64,000 nt of DNA, taken from the IMG/VR virus record IMGVR_UViG_3300033802_000250. One strand, given 5' to 3'. The DNA comes from a virus (lineage: Duplodnaviria > Caudoviricetes). Positions 29,430 through 39,110 of this stretch are shown here, piece by piece. Position numbers and translations under genes: made by a program. The notes below the pieces were generated by a model. That model had not been told where the DNA came from, ran no database searches, and worked only from the letters and a program-made list of their open reading frames with translations. Every line of letters begins with the position of its first letter. Within the stretch, counting starts at the first letter, position 1.

Positions 29430-29468
29430 GTTACTTATTATATAACATATTGTAACACTCTGGCACAA
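29430..29468 (-). promoter_or_regulatory. sigmaA-type promoter overlapped by the GTTAC-N17-GTAAC palindrome
   Basis: Minus strand TTGTGC...TATAAT. Confidence 0.5.
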
Positions 29469-29470
29469 CT

Positions 29471-31432
29471 TTATACTTCCTCGATCAGCGAATCCGGGAT
29501 CGTGTACAGGAAGCGCGATGGGCTTTTGGTTTCCCAAAGCCGTTGATAATTCATCCGTTGCCGTGCCATCGTGATATACAATAGCTTCTCCGCTCGGGTA
29601 ATACCGACGTAAGCAAGGCGGCGTTCTTCCGCGATATCGCCTTCTTCAACAGCGCTGGCGTGCGGAAGCAATCCCTCCTCGAATCCGACGAGAAAGACCA
29701 CGGGAAATTCCAACCCTTTTGCCGTATGCAAGGTCATCATCTGCACCTTGTCGGCATCCTGCTTAGCGGATACCTTGTCAGCCTGTGCGGTAAGCGCTAT
29801 TTGATCGAGGAAGTCCTGAACCGTTGGATGATTGTTCTCCTCCTCGTAACCTTTGGCGATCTTCACAAGCTCCATAATGTTGTCCACACGCCGCTCGGAT
29901 TCCTCGGAGCCTTCCTCCTTCAGTTTGTCAACATACCCGGTGTGCTTGAACACAAGATCAAGCATATCGCTGATCGGAGTGTCCGTGACATGCTTTCCGG
30001 CCTCATAAATCGTATTGAGCCGGACAACGATCTGCGTAAGCCCGGCGATAGCCGCCTGCGCCTTGACCGTTTTCGGTTTGAAATACTCCACCGCTTCATA
30101 CAAGCTGGAGTTTTCCTTGCGTTGTTTGCTGACGATGGCTTCGATGGTTGTCTTGCCGATGCCGGGAAGCATTCCAAGCACGCGCTCGCACGCAATATCG
30201 TTGTCAGGGTTGATCGCAAGCTGAAGCCATGCAAGGATGTCTTTGATCTCCTTGCGCTCATAGAAGCTGAAACCGGACACCATATTGTAGGGGATCTGGT
30301 GGATCATCAGCTTTTCCTCGAACAGCCGCGACTGAACATTGGTACGGTAAAGAATTGCGAAATCGCCGTAGGAGTAGCCCTCGAATCGCACAAGGTTATT
30401 GATCTCCTGCGCGACGAACTCGGCCTCCTCCATATCGGTGCGAGCGGAGAACTTGCGGATTTTGTCGCCGACCGAATTGTTCGAGAAGCAGGTTTTCTTC
30501 ATCTGGTTCTGCGCGTTCTCCATCAGCTTGTTGCCCGCTTCGACAATGGTCTGCGTGGAACGATAATTCTGCTCCAGCTTGACGATCTTTGCGCCGGGAT
30601 AATCCTGCTGGAAGTTCAGGATCTTCTGAACGTCTGCGCCACGCCAGCCATAGATCGACTGGTAGTCATCGCCGACGATGAAGATATTGTTCGCCTTCCC
30701 GACAATTTGTTTAACGATGCGGTACTGGCATTCGTTTGTATCCTGATACTCGTCCACCATGACGTACTTGAATTTCTTCTGGAACTTGCGACGCACGTCC
30801 GGGTACATCTCCAGTACATGAACCATGCGCATCAGCAGGTCGTCAAAGTCCATCGCGTTCAGGCGTTGAAGCCTGTCTTGGTATTCCTTGTAGACCTTGT
30901 AGAACGTATGATCTTTGTCATACAGGATGTGATTCCGGGCGTCCTCCGGCGTCATCATCTCATTCTTGCAATTCGAGATGCGGTCTTTGTAGATGCGCAC
31001 GGCGGTCGCGTTGCTCTCCAGATTGAAGTCTTTCAGTACGCTACGGATGACCTTGTTTTGGTCATCTTCGTCATAGATCGTCCAATTCTTCTTCAGACCG
31101 GCCTCCGCATAGAACCTGTGAAGCCAGCGCACACACAGGCTATGGAATGTTCCGATGGTCAGCTTCTTGGTACTATCCGGGCCGACCAGTTTTCCGATTC
31201 GCTCCTTCATCTCATTGGCGGCCTTGTTGGTAAACGTGACCGCCATGATATGTCGAGGATCAACACCCTTCGCGATCAAATACGCAATGCGTGTGGTCAA
31301 TACAAGGGTTTTCCCAGAGCCCGCGCCTGCAATGACGAGCGTGGGCTCCTTGAGCGTATCTTTCACAGCAACGCGCTGTTGGGGGTTCAATCCTTTGAGC
31401 AACTGCTTTCTCTGCTCGATGGTCGTTGTCAT
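29471..31432 (-). CDS. pcrA: PcrA/UvrD superfamily 1 helicase
   Basis: AGAGSGKT, FTNKAA, VDEYQD, GDDYQSIY, NYRST, HTAKGLEF, YVGITRA. Confidence 0.95.
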   Translation of the reverse strand: MTTTIEQRKQLLKGLNPQQRVAVKDTLKEPTLVIAGAGSGKTLVLTTRIAYLIAKGVDPRHIMAVTFTNKAANEMKERIGKLVGPDSTKKLTIGTFHSLCVRWLHRFYAEAGLKKNWTIYDEDDQNKVIRSVLKDFNLESNATAVRIYKDRISNCKNEMMTPEDARNHILYDKDHTFYKVYKEYQDRLQRLNAMDFDDLLMRMVHVLEMYPDVRRKFQKKFKYVMVDEYQDTNECQYRIVKQIVGKANNIFIVGDDYQSIYGWRGADVQKILNFQQDYPGAKIVKLEQNYRSTQTIVEAGNKLMENAQNQMKKTCFSNNSVGDKIRKFSARTDMEEAEFVAQEINNLVRFEGYSYGDFAILYRTNVQSRLFEEKLMIHQIPYNMVSGFSFYERKEIKDILAWLQLAINPDNDIACERVLGMLPGIGKTTIEAIVSKQRKENSSLYEAVEYFKPKTVKAQAAIAGLTQIVVRLNTIYEAGKHVTDTPISDMLDLVFKHTGYVDKLKEEGSEESERRVDNIMELVKIAKGYEEENNHPTVQDFLDQIALTAQADKVSAKQDADKVQMMTLHTAKGLEFPVVFLVGFEEGLLPHASAVEEGDIAEERRLAYVGITRAEKLLYITMARQRMNYQRLWETKSPSRFLYTIPDSLIEEV

Positions 31433-31443
31433 CGGTGTGCCTC

Positions 31444-32391
31444 CTATTCAAAGGACAATTTCTTGGCCCCCAAATTCTTCTTGATCGTCTTGATGTGTTC
31501 CTTCATGTTTTCAAACAAAACCGCAATGCGGCCTTTCTTGATAGCGGCCTTGCCAAGATTGCCGCTCCCCGCGAACTGATCGACGACGATTTCGCCCGGG
31601 AGCGTTACAGCTTCGAGAATTTGCTCATAGAGCGATACAGGCTTTTCCGCCTGATGGATGCGCTCATTGCGCCCCGGCGGCTGGCAATCGAACTCCGTCG
31701 GAAGCATATAGGCGGTGCCGCTCATATAATGCGGCTCGCCGGTCGCCTTCGTCTTCTTGACATCGGGCCGGAGAGCGCGGGCTTTGCCCTTGGTGAAGAA
31801 CATGATGTCCTCTGTATTCTTCGCCTTGCGGCCTGTGTTGGCAACAAAGGTGCCTTTCTTCCACGGCACCTTAGCGTAGTAGTAGAGTCCGCACTCCTCG
31901 GCCATTTTCTTGATCTGGTACAGGTATTCGTAATTGTTTTCGTTCTCTGCGGGCAGGACTTCCACCAGAAAACCTCCGGGCCGCAATACCCGGGCCTTCT
32001 CTTTGAAGTCGTCCAGTGTATAGCGGAAACAATTATCCTCGTATGTGGATACGAATCCGCGATTACCGCCGCGATGCGACTTCTCATCTTGCCACGGATG
32101 ATCGGTGACAATGGCATCCACTGAACCGTCCGCAAAGAACGAAAGATCCCTGCCGTTGCCGCGAAGGACAATGACACCGCCGCCGGTCTCCGGGTCGAGC
32201 GCACAATATACGCCTTTGGCGACACGCTTAAACAGCTTCGCCAGATTCGTATAGATACGCCCCCGGATTGTCGTCTCCGGCTTATCCGGGATCTCCTTGT
32301 AGATTTCTTGGATGTGCATCGGTCGCCCACGGCTGACCAGAATTTTATAGATGCGTCTTGCCAATACTTCTTCCTTTGTCAGTTTCGCCAA
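31444..32391 (-). CDS. Beta-class N4/N6 DNA methyltransferase with N-terminal wHTH
   Basis: TDHPW (DPPY variant), H..EKP, DQFAGSG. Confidence 0.85.
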   Translation of the reverse strand: MAKLTKEEVLARRIYKILVSRGRPMHIQEIYKEIPDKPETTIRGRIYTNLAKLFKRVAKGVYCALDPETGGGVIVLRGNGRDLSFFADGSVDAIVTDHPWQDEKSHRGGNRGFVSTYEDNCFRYTLDDFKEKARVLRPGGFLVEVLPAENENNYEYLYQIKKMAEECGLYYYAKVPWKKGTFVANTGRKAKNTEDIMFFTKGKARALRPDVKKTKATGEPHYMSGTAYMLPTEFDCQPPGRNERIHQAEKPVSLYEQILEAVTLPGEIVVDQFAGSGNLGKAAIKKGRIAVLFENMKEHIKTIKKNLGAKKLSFE

Positions 32392-32406
32392 TGTTACTCA
32401 TCCCCT

Positions 32407-32835
32407 TCATATGTTTTGTCTCTCTCCGAAGGGATCCCGCCTGATATTCTCGTAGACAATCCATGCATCCTTGAGCATCAATTCATCCGGGAAACGTACA
32501 TAAACGCGGGCGGCGGCAGGATCATTGTCCAGCACCGTCGCCTCAACCACTTCGTATCCCGTAATCGGCTTTGACAACACAAGAACGGGATCGCCTTGCT
32601 TCAGTTTGGTCTTCTCATCGAATGCTTCTTCCTTGAGCAACTGATAGGCCGCCTGCCGATGAATCGAAGCTTGCTTGGGCTGTTGTGCTTCCAGAAGCTC
32701 GATGTGCCGCTCCAGCAGGATGCTTTGTCGCCCCACTTGCGCGGCCAGTTCACGAATGACATCAATCAGCATTGGAAGCTGTTGATCGAAAAAGCGCCGC
32801 CCATATCCCGTTTCATGAAACTGCACCGGTTTCAC
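32407..32835 (-). CDS. Hypothetical protein
   Basis: FHETGYGRRFF motif; start approximate. Confidence 0.55.
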   Translation of the reverse strand: MKPVQFHETGYGRRFFDQQLPMLIDVIRELAAQVGRQSILLERHIELLEAQQPKQASIHRQAAYQLLKEEAFDEKTKLKQGDPVLVLSKPITGYEVVEATVLDNDPAAARVYVRFPDELMLKDAWIVYENIRRDPFGERQNI

Positions 32836-33166
32836 CTCTTTCTTTAAGGAAATTGGCAAATTGCTCCTCAAAAACGCCAAGTCGAATCACCGTGCGCAGG
32901 CTGAACGGAAGCCTGTACAGATCCGGGTTGGCTTTGATGAAGTCATAGAACAACTTGCACATGTCGAAATACTCCTCGAAGTAATCCGGCAGAATTGTAC
33001 AATGTTCAATGAAGACTTGCAGGTAATCCGGGTTGTTGATTTTCTCCCGGTGCTTCATCACGAAGCGAGCAAAGTCTTCATCCTTGCCGAAGTTGTGGAT
33101 GCGAACCAGCGTCTTGAGAAAGTCCACATCCACTGGCGGCCACTGCTTGCGAAAATCCTCCCCCAT
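32813..33166 (-). CDS. Hypothetical protein
   Basis: Likely start MGEDFRK. Confidence 0.55.
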   Translation of the reverse strand: MGEDFRKQWPPVDVDFLKTLVRIHNFGKDEDFARFVMKHREKINNPDYLQVFIEHCTILPDYFEEYFDMCKLFYDFIKANPDLYRLPFSLRTVIRLGVFEEQFANFLKERGETGAVS

Positions 33167-33189
33167 GAATCGTCCCTTCTCCAGTCCGC

Positions 33190-33216
33190 AAAAAGAGGGG
33201 CGATCTGCGCCCCTCC
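33190..33216 (-). terminator. Intrinsic terminator after recA
   Basis: AGAGGGGCG...CGCCCCTCT stem followed by a T-run on the minus strand. Confidence 0.7.
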
Positions 33217-33218
33217 TC

Positions 33219-34469
33219 TTAATCCTCGGCTTTTTTCTTTTTGGATTTGCCCTTGGATTTGCTTTTCGATTTGTTGTCGTCCTTCGCCATCTTTTCTTCT
33301 TCAGCGGCGATTTCGGCTTCGATAGCCTCCAGCTTGCGGATTTCCTCCATCTCCTCCTCGGACTGGTAGGTCGGAAGGAGTTGTCCCCGCGAAACGGCAC
33401 CGGCCAATTCTTCGCGAAGCTGTGTGACGAACCAGTCGTTTTCGATCAGGAACTTGCGCAGTTCTGCGCGTCCGTTCCACTTGAGCGGCACGTTGAGTTT
33501 CGGCTTGCCGTCTACAACGGCCTTCTTCGCCACAATCAGTTCTCCGTCTTCTTTCTCGTAGTAATACCACGCGCCGGAGTTACGGAGAATGCCCGCTTCG
33601 GGAGCCTTGCTGATGATTTCGGAGACCTTATCTACGCCTTCGCCGTACTTGATGACGTATTGCCCCTTCTTGTACGGATTGTCATAGACACAACGGTTCT
33701 TCGCAATCCGTACGCCGATCTTCATGAACTCGTCATCGGGGTAGATCTTCTTCTCCGCATCATCGAAGACGAGTTTGTTCAGGCCGACGCGAAGTGATGA
33801 ATAGTAGGCGAGCGCCCGGCCACCGGTCGTAACGTTCGGATCACCAAACATCACGCCGACGTTCGTGCGAAGCTGGTTGATAAAGATAGCATACAAGCCG
33901 CGCTTGGCGATGATAGCCGTCCATTTGCGCATCAGCTTGGACATCATCCGCGCTTGAAGCGCGATGTCCTGCTTTTCCATTGACTCGGAAAGCTCCTTCT
34001 TCGGAGTCAGACCAGCAACAGAGTTGATGGCGAATCCCTTGATGTCGCCGGAACGCAGATATGGTTCCATCCGGTCGATGAGCGTCTCGCCGCCGGACTC
34101 GTCCTGTTCGACAAGGATCAGACGATCCGGGTCGATACCATGTATCAAGCTGGCGTAGTCCATGTCGAACGGCTCCTCGGTCTCGCCCCAAACCCAAATG
34201 GCATCCGGGTCACGAGCCATATCCTCGCCGATGGTTTCTTCCACAAGAGAGGTTTTGCCGCTCGATTGCGGCCCGAAGATTTCGGTAATGCGGCCCTTCG
34301 GAAAGCCGCCGCCGGTGATGAGGTTGAACTCCTGCGACGGCGTCGGCAAAAACTCCAGCGGCTTTGCGATGTCTTTGCCGTAGCCGACGACAATAGAACC
34401 AGCACTTTTGTTTTGTGCGTCCATGATTTTCTGGAGACGCGCCTTCTTCTCAGCCAATGTAGAACCCAT
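33219..34469 (-). CDS. recA: RecA recombinase
   Basis: GRITEIFGPQSSGKT, QARMMSK, FINQLR, TTGGRAL, KNR. Confidence 0.95.
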   Translation of the reverse strand: MGSTLAEKKARLQKIMDAQNKSAGSIVVGYGKDIAKPLEFLPTPSQEFNLITGGGFPKGRITEIFGPQSSGKTSLVEETIGEDMARDPDAIWVWGETEEPFDMDYASLIHGIDPDRLILVEQDESGGETLIDRMEPYLRSGDIKGFAINSVAGLTPKKELSESMEKQDIALQARMMSKLMRKWTAIIAKRGLYAIFINQLRTNVGVMFGDPNVTTGGRALAYYSSLRVGLNKLVFDDAEKKIYPDDEFMKIGVRIAKNRCVYDNPYKKGQYVIKYGEGVDKVSEIISKAPEAGILRNSGAWYYYEKEDGELIVAKKAVVDGKPKLNVPLKWNGRAELRKFLIENDWFVTQLREELAGAVSRGQLLPTYQSEEEMEEIRKLEAIEAEIAAEEEKMAKDDNKSKSKSKGKSKKKKAED

Positions 34470-34481
34470 GAGTGAAACCTC

Positions 34482-34790
34482 CTACTGCAAGATCTTTTGG
34501 AGATGGATGACTTTATTCAGGAGTGCTTTCTTTGCCACGGGATTGATGCCAAGATTTTGCACATCCTTGAGGATGTCCTCCAAAAGCCGTTTGGGATCGG
34601 ATACGCTGATGGCTGATTTCGGCAGGATGTCAGCCTCCATATACTTTTGCCGAGCATCTTCGATGTCCTGCAATACCAGATGTTTTGCCTGTTCCGGCGA
34701 TTTACCTTCAGAACGATAAGCATCCAGCAGATAAATAATCGACTGCTCGAACATTGCCTTTGCGCCTTCGCGCTTGCGATTCTTTGCCAT
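34482..34790 (-). CDS. Hypothetical protein
   Basis: AGGAGG SD; ends in TAG in frame with recA. Confidence 0.6.
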   Translation of the reverse strand: MAKNRKREGAKAMFEQSIIYLLDAYRSEGKSPEQAKHLVLQDIEDARQKYMEADILPKSAISVSDPKRLLEDILKDVQNLGINPVAKKALLNKVIHLQKILQ

Positions 34791-34813
34791 AGCGACCTCC
34801 TTGTTTTGGAGGA

Positions 34814-34839
34814 ATAAGGGGGCGGGGTTTCCGCCCCCG
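34814..34839 (-). terminator. Terminator hairpin after ssb
   Basis: GGGGGCGG...CCGCCCCC. Confidence 0.6.
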
Positions 34840-34856
34840 TTTACGCCGCGAGACGA

Positions 34857-35495
34857 TCAGTCTTCATCATCGTCGTAGAAGTCATCGTCATCATCGTCGT
34901 AGTCCTCATCGTCATCCTCATCATCGTCGCGGGACTTGGCTTTGGACTTGGACTTGCCTTTGTCTTTTCCTTTGTCCTTGGACTTCGACTTGGATTTGGA
35001 CTTCTTCGACTTGCTGTCGTCTTCGTCCTCATCCTCATCATCGTCCTCGTCATCGTCGCGGGACTTGCCGCGCCGTTCAGAACGGGACTTGCCTTTCTTG
35101 TCGTCCTTGCCTTTGCCCTTCTTCTTTTTCTTCTTGTCGTCCTCGTCATCATCCTCGTCGATGGTCGAGGCGACAGCTTCCGAGAGGGCTTTCGGCAACA
35201 GGTTGACGCGGCCGCACTTGAAGCTGATCCGTTCTTCTTCGTCGCCGTCCTCGCCGCGATACACATCCAGATCGCAGTTCATGCACTCGATCCAGTGGCC
35301 CTTGCCTGCGTACTCGCGTACATAGGCCGCATCGTGGCCGAAGATCGCGACAACCGGATAGTTGTACGGCATGTCGTCTTCCTTGACGAATTGCTTCTTG
35401 CATTCCACGACGACTTTGAGGAATGCCTTTTCGCCATCCTTCTCGTTGTCGAAAAGGATGCGTTTGATCGTACCCGAAATTGTTGCGCTGAACAT
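34857..35495 (-). CDS. ssb: Single-stranded DNA-binding protein with a long D/K-block tail
   Basis: OB-fold pattern (FGHDAAYVREYAGKG) plus about 100 aa of alternating acidic and basic blocks. Confidence 0.7.
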   Translation of the reverse strand: MFSATISGTIKRILFDNEKDGEKAFLKVVVECKKQFVKEDDMPYNYPVVAIFGHDAAYVREYAGKGHWIECMNCDLDVYRGEDGDEEERISFKCGRVNLLPKALSEAVASTIDEDDDEDDKKKKKKGKGKDDKKGKSRSERRGKSRDDDEDDDEDEDEDDSKSKKSKSKSKSKDKGKDKGKSKSKAKSRDDDEDDDEDYDDDDDDFYDDDED

Positions 35496-35532
35496 ATTCT
35501 GTTCAACCTCCTTGGATTGGTTTGTGATCGTT

Positions 35533-35569
35533 GTTACCCTTAGTATTACCAGTTGTAACGAAGTTATGC
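35533..35569 (-). promoter_or_regulatory. sigmaF-type promoter with GTTAC-N17-GTAAC palindrome
   Basis: GCATA-N14-GGTAATACTA upstream of ssb. Confidence 0.6.
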
Positions 35570-35584
35570 ACTAAAGAAACAACA

Positions 35585-35611
35585 CCCCTGAACGGGACAC
35601 CGTTCAAGGGG
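35585..35611 (-). terminator. Terminator hairpin with UGUC tetraloop after HU
   Basis: Inverted repeat with a T-rich tail on the minus strand. Confidence 0.55.
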
Positions 35612-35640
35612 TTGCTCCTTCTGCCGGATCGAGCCGGAAA

Positions 35641-35919
35641 TCATCGCGCGATGGCGTCGTTCAGCTTCTTGGCGGCCTTGAACGAAGCCTTCCGGGATGC
35701 CGGGATCGTGATTTGTTCGCCGGTTTGCGGGTTGCGGCCCCGGCGGGCGGCGCGTTCTCTGACGCCGAAGGTGCCGAAACCGTGGATTTCGACCTTCTCG
35801 TCGGATTGCAGGCCGTGCGTGATGCACTCCAGCACTTGCTCCAGTTGCCGTTCAGCGGCGGCTTTCGACGGAGCGCCGTGTTCGCTCACCAGACGTTGAA
35901 TGATCTCTGCTTTTTTCAT
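35641..35919 (-). CDS. hup: HU family DNA-binding protein
   Basis: GFGTF...RAARRGRNPQTGEQITIPA...FKAAKKL. Confidence 0.95.
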   Translation of the reverse strand: MKKAEIIQRLVSEHGAPSKAAAERQLEQVLECITHGLQSDEKVEIHGFGTFGVRERAARRGRNPQTGEQITIPASRKASFKAAKKLNDAIAR

Positions 35920-35966
35920 TGAGATGTTCCTCCTTAATGACATTGTCAATTGTGATTTCTGTGGCT

Positions 35967-35994
35967 ATTATACCACATTGCCCTTATTTTACAA
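35967..35994 (-). promoter_or_regulatory. sigmaA-type promoter upstream of HU
   Basis: Minus strand TTGTAA...TGGTATAAT (extended -10). Confidence 0.55.
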
Positions 35995-36032
35995 GGGGAT
36001 GTTGCAATTTTTGTAGGTTTCTGTAACAGCCG

Positions 36033-36311
36033 TTACTGCTCGCTCATCGGGAGTAACGGCTGGAACAGGATCGTCGGAACGCCTTCGTCCGTGATCGTCA
36101 CATCCGACAGCTTCGCTTCATAATCGGGAGCGCCGTTCGTGAACATCGTGAACGTCTGTCCGATGTACGGTCTCAAAGGCTCGAAGTCGATGGTTTTGCC
36201 GTCTTCGGAGCGATGCACCGTACGACCATCCGGCAGGTGGTAGTGCGATACATAGCACTCCTTGCCCGGATCGTTCACACAGAAGACTTCAAGCTTCTGA
36301 TTGTTTGACAT
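36033..36311 (-). CDS. Hypothetical protein
   Basis: GGAGGTG SD. Confidence 0.55.
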   Translation of the reverse strand: MSNNQKLEVFCVNDPGKECYVSHYHLPDGRTVHRSEDGKTIDFEPLRPYIGQTFTMFTNGAPDYEAKLSDVTITDEGVPTILFQPLLPMSEQ

Positions 36312-36603
36312 AGATACCACCTCCTTCGACGAAGCGAATGAGAGAGGAGCCGTATTTCTCGATCTCTTGAAAATGCCTGTCGGGAATGATCGTCACCGGC
36401 TCCACTCGTTGCAGTTGAACAAAGTCGGGGTTGACATCATACTCGACGCCGTTGATCGCGAGAGTCACAAATTCGTCCTCATTGATGCGACGTTGTTTCT
36501 TCGCGATCTGATTGCGGATGACCAGATACTTGTCCGCCGCCGTGTAGAACTCGACCAATACACCGTGGCCGAACGAAATCAGCACCTTGATGATGTGTTT
36601 CAT
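36289..36603 (-). CDS. Hypothetical protein
   Basis: ATGA overlap with the dnaE stop. Confidence 0.55.
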   Translation of the reverse strand: MKHIIKVLISFGHGVLVEFYTAADKYLVIRNQIAKKQRRINEDEFVTLAINGVEYDVNPDFVQLQRVEPVTIIPDRHFQEIEKYGSSLIRFVEGGGIYVKQSEA

Positions 36604-39110
36604 AATGCTTCTTCCTCCTCATCGTCGTCCTCGAAATACTTCGACAGATCGTCCTTCCGCTTCTTCTTACCCTTCAGTTTGTCTTCCATCAGTTCTGCCA
36701 TCGGATCCTTGCGCTTCTTCGGCTTCATCTGCTCTACGACGGGCAGTTCCGGCTCCTCTTGAGTCTGCGGCTTGGGCTCATCGTTGATGCCGAGTTCACG
36801 CTTCAGCTTTTTGGTCTTCTGCACGAGAATCTTGCTTGCAATGAACTTTTCTTGCCGCTCGCCCTTGTAGTAGGTTTCCTCCTTGTAGCCGCGCACAACC
36901 ACAATATTGTCCTTGTACAAGTGCTGAGCGTATTCATCGTAAACATCCGGGAAGACCGTTACCTCGATGGGCTCCAACTGCGTCTCCAGTGTGAGGAAGG
37001 CCATCGGTTTGCCCTTCTTGGTCTTGATGATCTTGGCCGATATAATACGGCCTCCGATATCGTAGAAGACTTTATCCCGCCGCCGGGAGAGTTTCATATC
37101 TTGAAGCGGCGTAAACGGAAGGTCTTCATACGGGGAGCCGGACACATACACACCGATCAATTCACGCTCCATCTCCAACGCCTTCTTGTCGTTGAACTCC
37201 TTCTCGTTCCACTTCACCGAATGGGTTGCTTTCGCTTTGTCCTTCTCCAAAGTCTCCGGCGTACCCGTCCACACTTTGTCCTTGCGGATGGTGAAATTGT
37301 AATAGTTCAGGAGCTTGTACCGGTTCTTTTCAAACCGGTCGAAACATCCGGCGGAGATCAGCGTTTGGTAGTGGTTGCGTTTGACTTGGCTTCCCTTGAA
37401 CGTATGACGCTGTACGAAGTCGTCGAAGGATTGGTACGGGCCATTCTTCTCTCGCTCGTTGACGATTTGGTTGACCGTCGCTTGACCGATTCCGGCAATC
37501 GACAGCAGGCCGTATCGGATGCCGTCTTTCTCCGGTGCGAACTCCGAGAACGAACGATTTACATCTGGCGGCAGAATCTTGATGCCGAGCCGCTTGGCTT
37601 CCTTCAGGTTGTCGAGCGTCTTGTCGGCCTTGTCGCCGCGCACGCTGAGAAGGGCGGTCATGAACTGCACCGGATAGTGGCACTTGAGGTATGCGGTCTG
37701 GAATGTTTCGTCCGCATAACACCCGGAATGCGGCTTGTTGAAGGCGTACCCGGCGAACTTCACCATCTGCTTGAACAGATTGCGGGCAAACTTCTTGTCG
37801 TACCCCATCTTGAGTGCGCCCGGGATGACGTGTGCCGCCATCGCCTTCTTGGTTGCCTCCAGTTCGGCCTGAATTTCCGGCTTAGTCAGTTCGATGTCGT
37901 TCCCGTCATACTTGGATTTCACGCGGATGACTTCGTTGCCATCCTTATCTTTGAACTTGGGCAGGCTGTCGTATTCGGCAAGCAGTTTTTCCCACTTCTT
38001 GACGACATACTTGTGCCCATACATGAACTCGTCATACAGCTTCTTTACATCGGCGATCTTCTTCTTGCCGATGACGCGCCGGAAGCTGTCCGCGTGGCCG
38101 AGATTGTATCCGGCCACGCGCTGGACGATGCTCATGACCTGTTCCTGATAGATCATCTGCCCCCGAGACTTCCGCAGGAACTCGCGGATTTCCGGGCGAA
38201 CCTCCTTCATGTACTCCTGCGGCTTCCGGCTACCGTTGATGACGTACTGTTGAGCGATAGTATTACCATTCTCCAGCACGGCATCGAGCGGCCCCGGACG
38301 GTAAAGCGCCAGAATGTCGATGATCTCATCCTGTGTTTTGGGCTTAACCTGCATGGTGTACTTCGTAATGCCGCCACCGTTGATTTGGAACAACCCATGT
38401 GTGTTGCCCTCTGCAATGAATTTGAACGTTTCCGGGTCGTCACGTCCGATTTCGTACAGATCGACTTCTTCGCCGGTACTGGAGCGAATCAACTCCAACG
38501 TCAACGAAATGATGCGAAGCGTAGACGTACGGAGCAAGTCCATCTTCAGCAGGCCAACTTCTTCACAGTCGGGATAATCCCACATCGTAATCGGCAGTAC
38601 GGCCTTGGAATCTTCACGCGGCATGATCGTCGGGCAATCGAGCGCAAGCGGTCGCCGCGAGATGATGACACCGCCCGCATGAATGCCGGACGTTTGGATA
38701 CACCCTTCGATTTTGGCAAGCCGTTCGTTAAGCTCGGGATACTTCAACATGAGGCGACGGAACTCCTTGGATGCCTCGATGAACTTCGGCAACTCGGATC
38801 CATACTCCTCGTATTTTTCCGGCCTTTCGGCAATCTCCATCATCTTCTGGTAAGTACAATCCGACTGGTCAGGCATCTTGCCTTGGTCGCCCGCGATTTC
38901 CAGCACCGCGCCGATCTCGTCGGCGACTTTATATCCGTAGGCAACCACCTTACCGCTCTTGTCCTTCTTCTCCAGCGCCTTACAGATGCCGTTGACGGCA
39001 GAGCGAAGCTTGTACTTCGTAAAGGTAAGAATCTGCGCCACCCTGTCTCTGCCGTAGCGTTGCGCCACAAAGTCGAGAAGCATTTCATGATTCGTCCCGT
39101 CGAAGTCGGT
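36600..39110 (-). CDS. dnaE: DNA polymerase III alpha subunit, exon 2
   Basis: Begins TDFDGTNHE; HAGGV, KMDLL, RPGP, YQEQVM, YAFNKPH motifs and C-terminal OB fold. Confidence 0.93.
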   Translation of the reverse strand, partial: TDFDGTNHEMLLDFVAQRYGRDRVAQILTFTKYKLRSAVNGICKALEKKDKSGKVVAYGYKVADEIGAVLEIAGDQGKMPDQSDCTYQKMMEIAERPEKYEEYGSELPKFIEASKEFRRLMLKYPELNERLAKIEGCIQTSGIHAGGVIISRRPLALDCPTIMPREDSKAVLPITMWDYPDCEEVGLLKMDLLRTSTLRIISLTLELIRSSTGEEVDLYEIGRDDPETFKFIAEGNTHGLFQINGGGITKYTMQVKPKTQDEIIDILALYRPGPLDAVLENGNTIAQQYVINGSRKPQEYMKEVRPEIREFLRKSRGQMIYQEQVMSIVQRVAGYNLGHADSFRRVIGKKKIADVKKLYDEFMYGHKYVVKKWEKLLAEYDSLPKFKDKDGNEVIRVKSKYDGNDIELTKPEIQAELEATKKAMAAHVIPGALKMGYDKKFARNLFKQMVKFAGYAFNKPHSGCYADETFQTAYLKCHYPVQFMTALLSVRGDKADKTLDNLKEAKRLGIKILPPDVNRSFSEFAPEKDGIRYGLLSIAGIGQATVNQIVNEREKNGPYQSFDDFVQRHTFKGSQVKRNHYQTLISAGCFDRFEKNRYKLLNYYNFTIRKDKVWTGTPETLEKDKAKATHSVKWNEKEFNDKKALEMERELIGVYVSGSPYEDLPFTPLQDMKLSRRRDKVFYDIGGRIISAKIIKTKKGKPMAFLTLETQLEPIEVTVFPDVYDEYAQHLYKDNIVVVRGYKEETYYKGERQEKFIASKILVQKTKKLKRELGINDEPKPQTQEEPELPVVEQMKPKKRKDPMAELMEDKLKGKKKRKDDLSKYFEDDDEEEEAL

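Noticed and set aside
34470-34484. TAG stop in frame with recA (and similarly 60682 with the next ORF) as programmed amber read-through fusions
   Set aside because: Only two of about five TAG-ending ORFs are in frame, close to the one-in-three chance rate, and TAGGAGG is explained by stop/SD overlap
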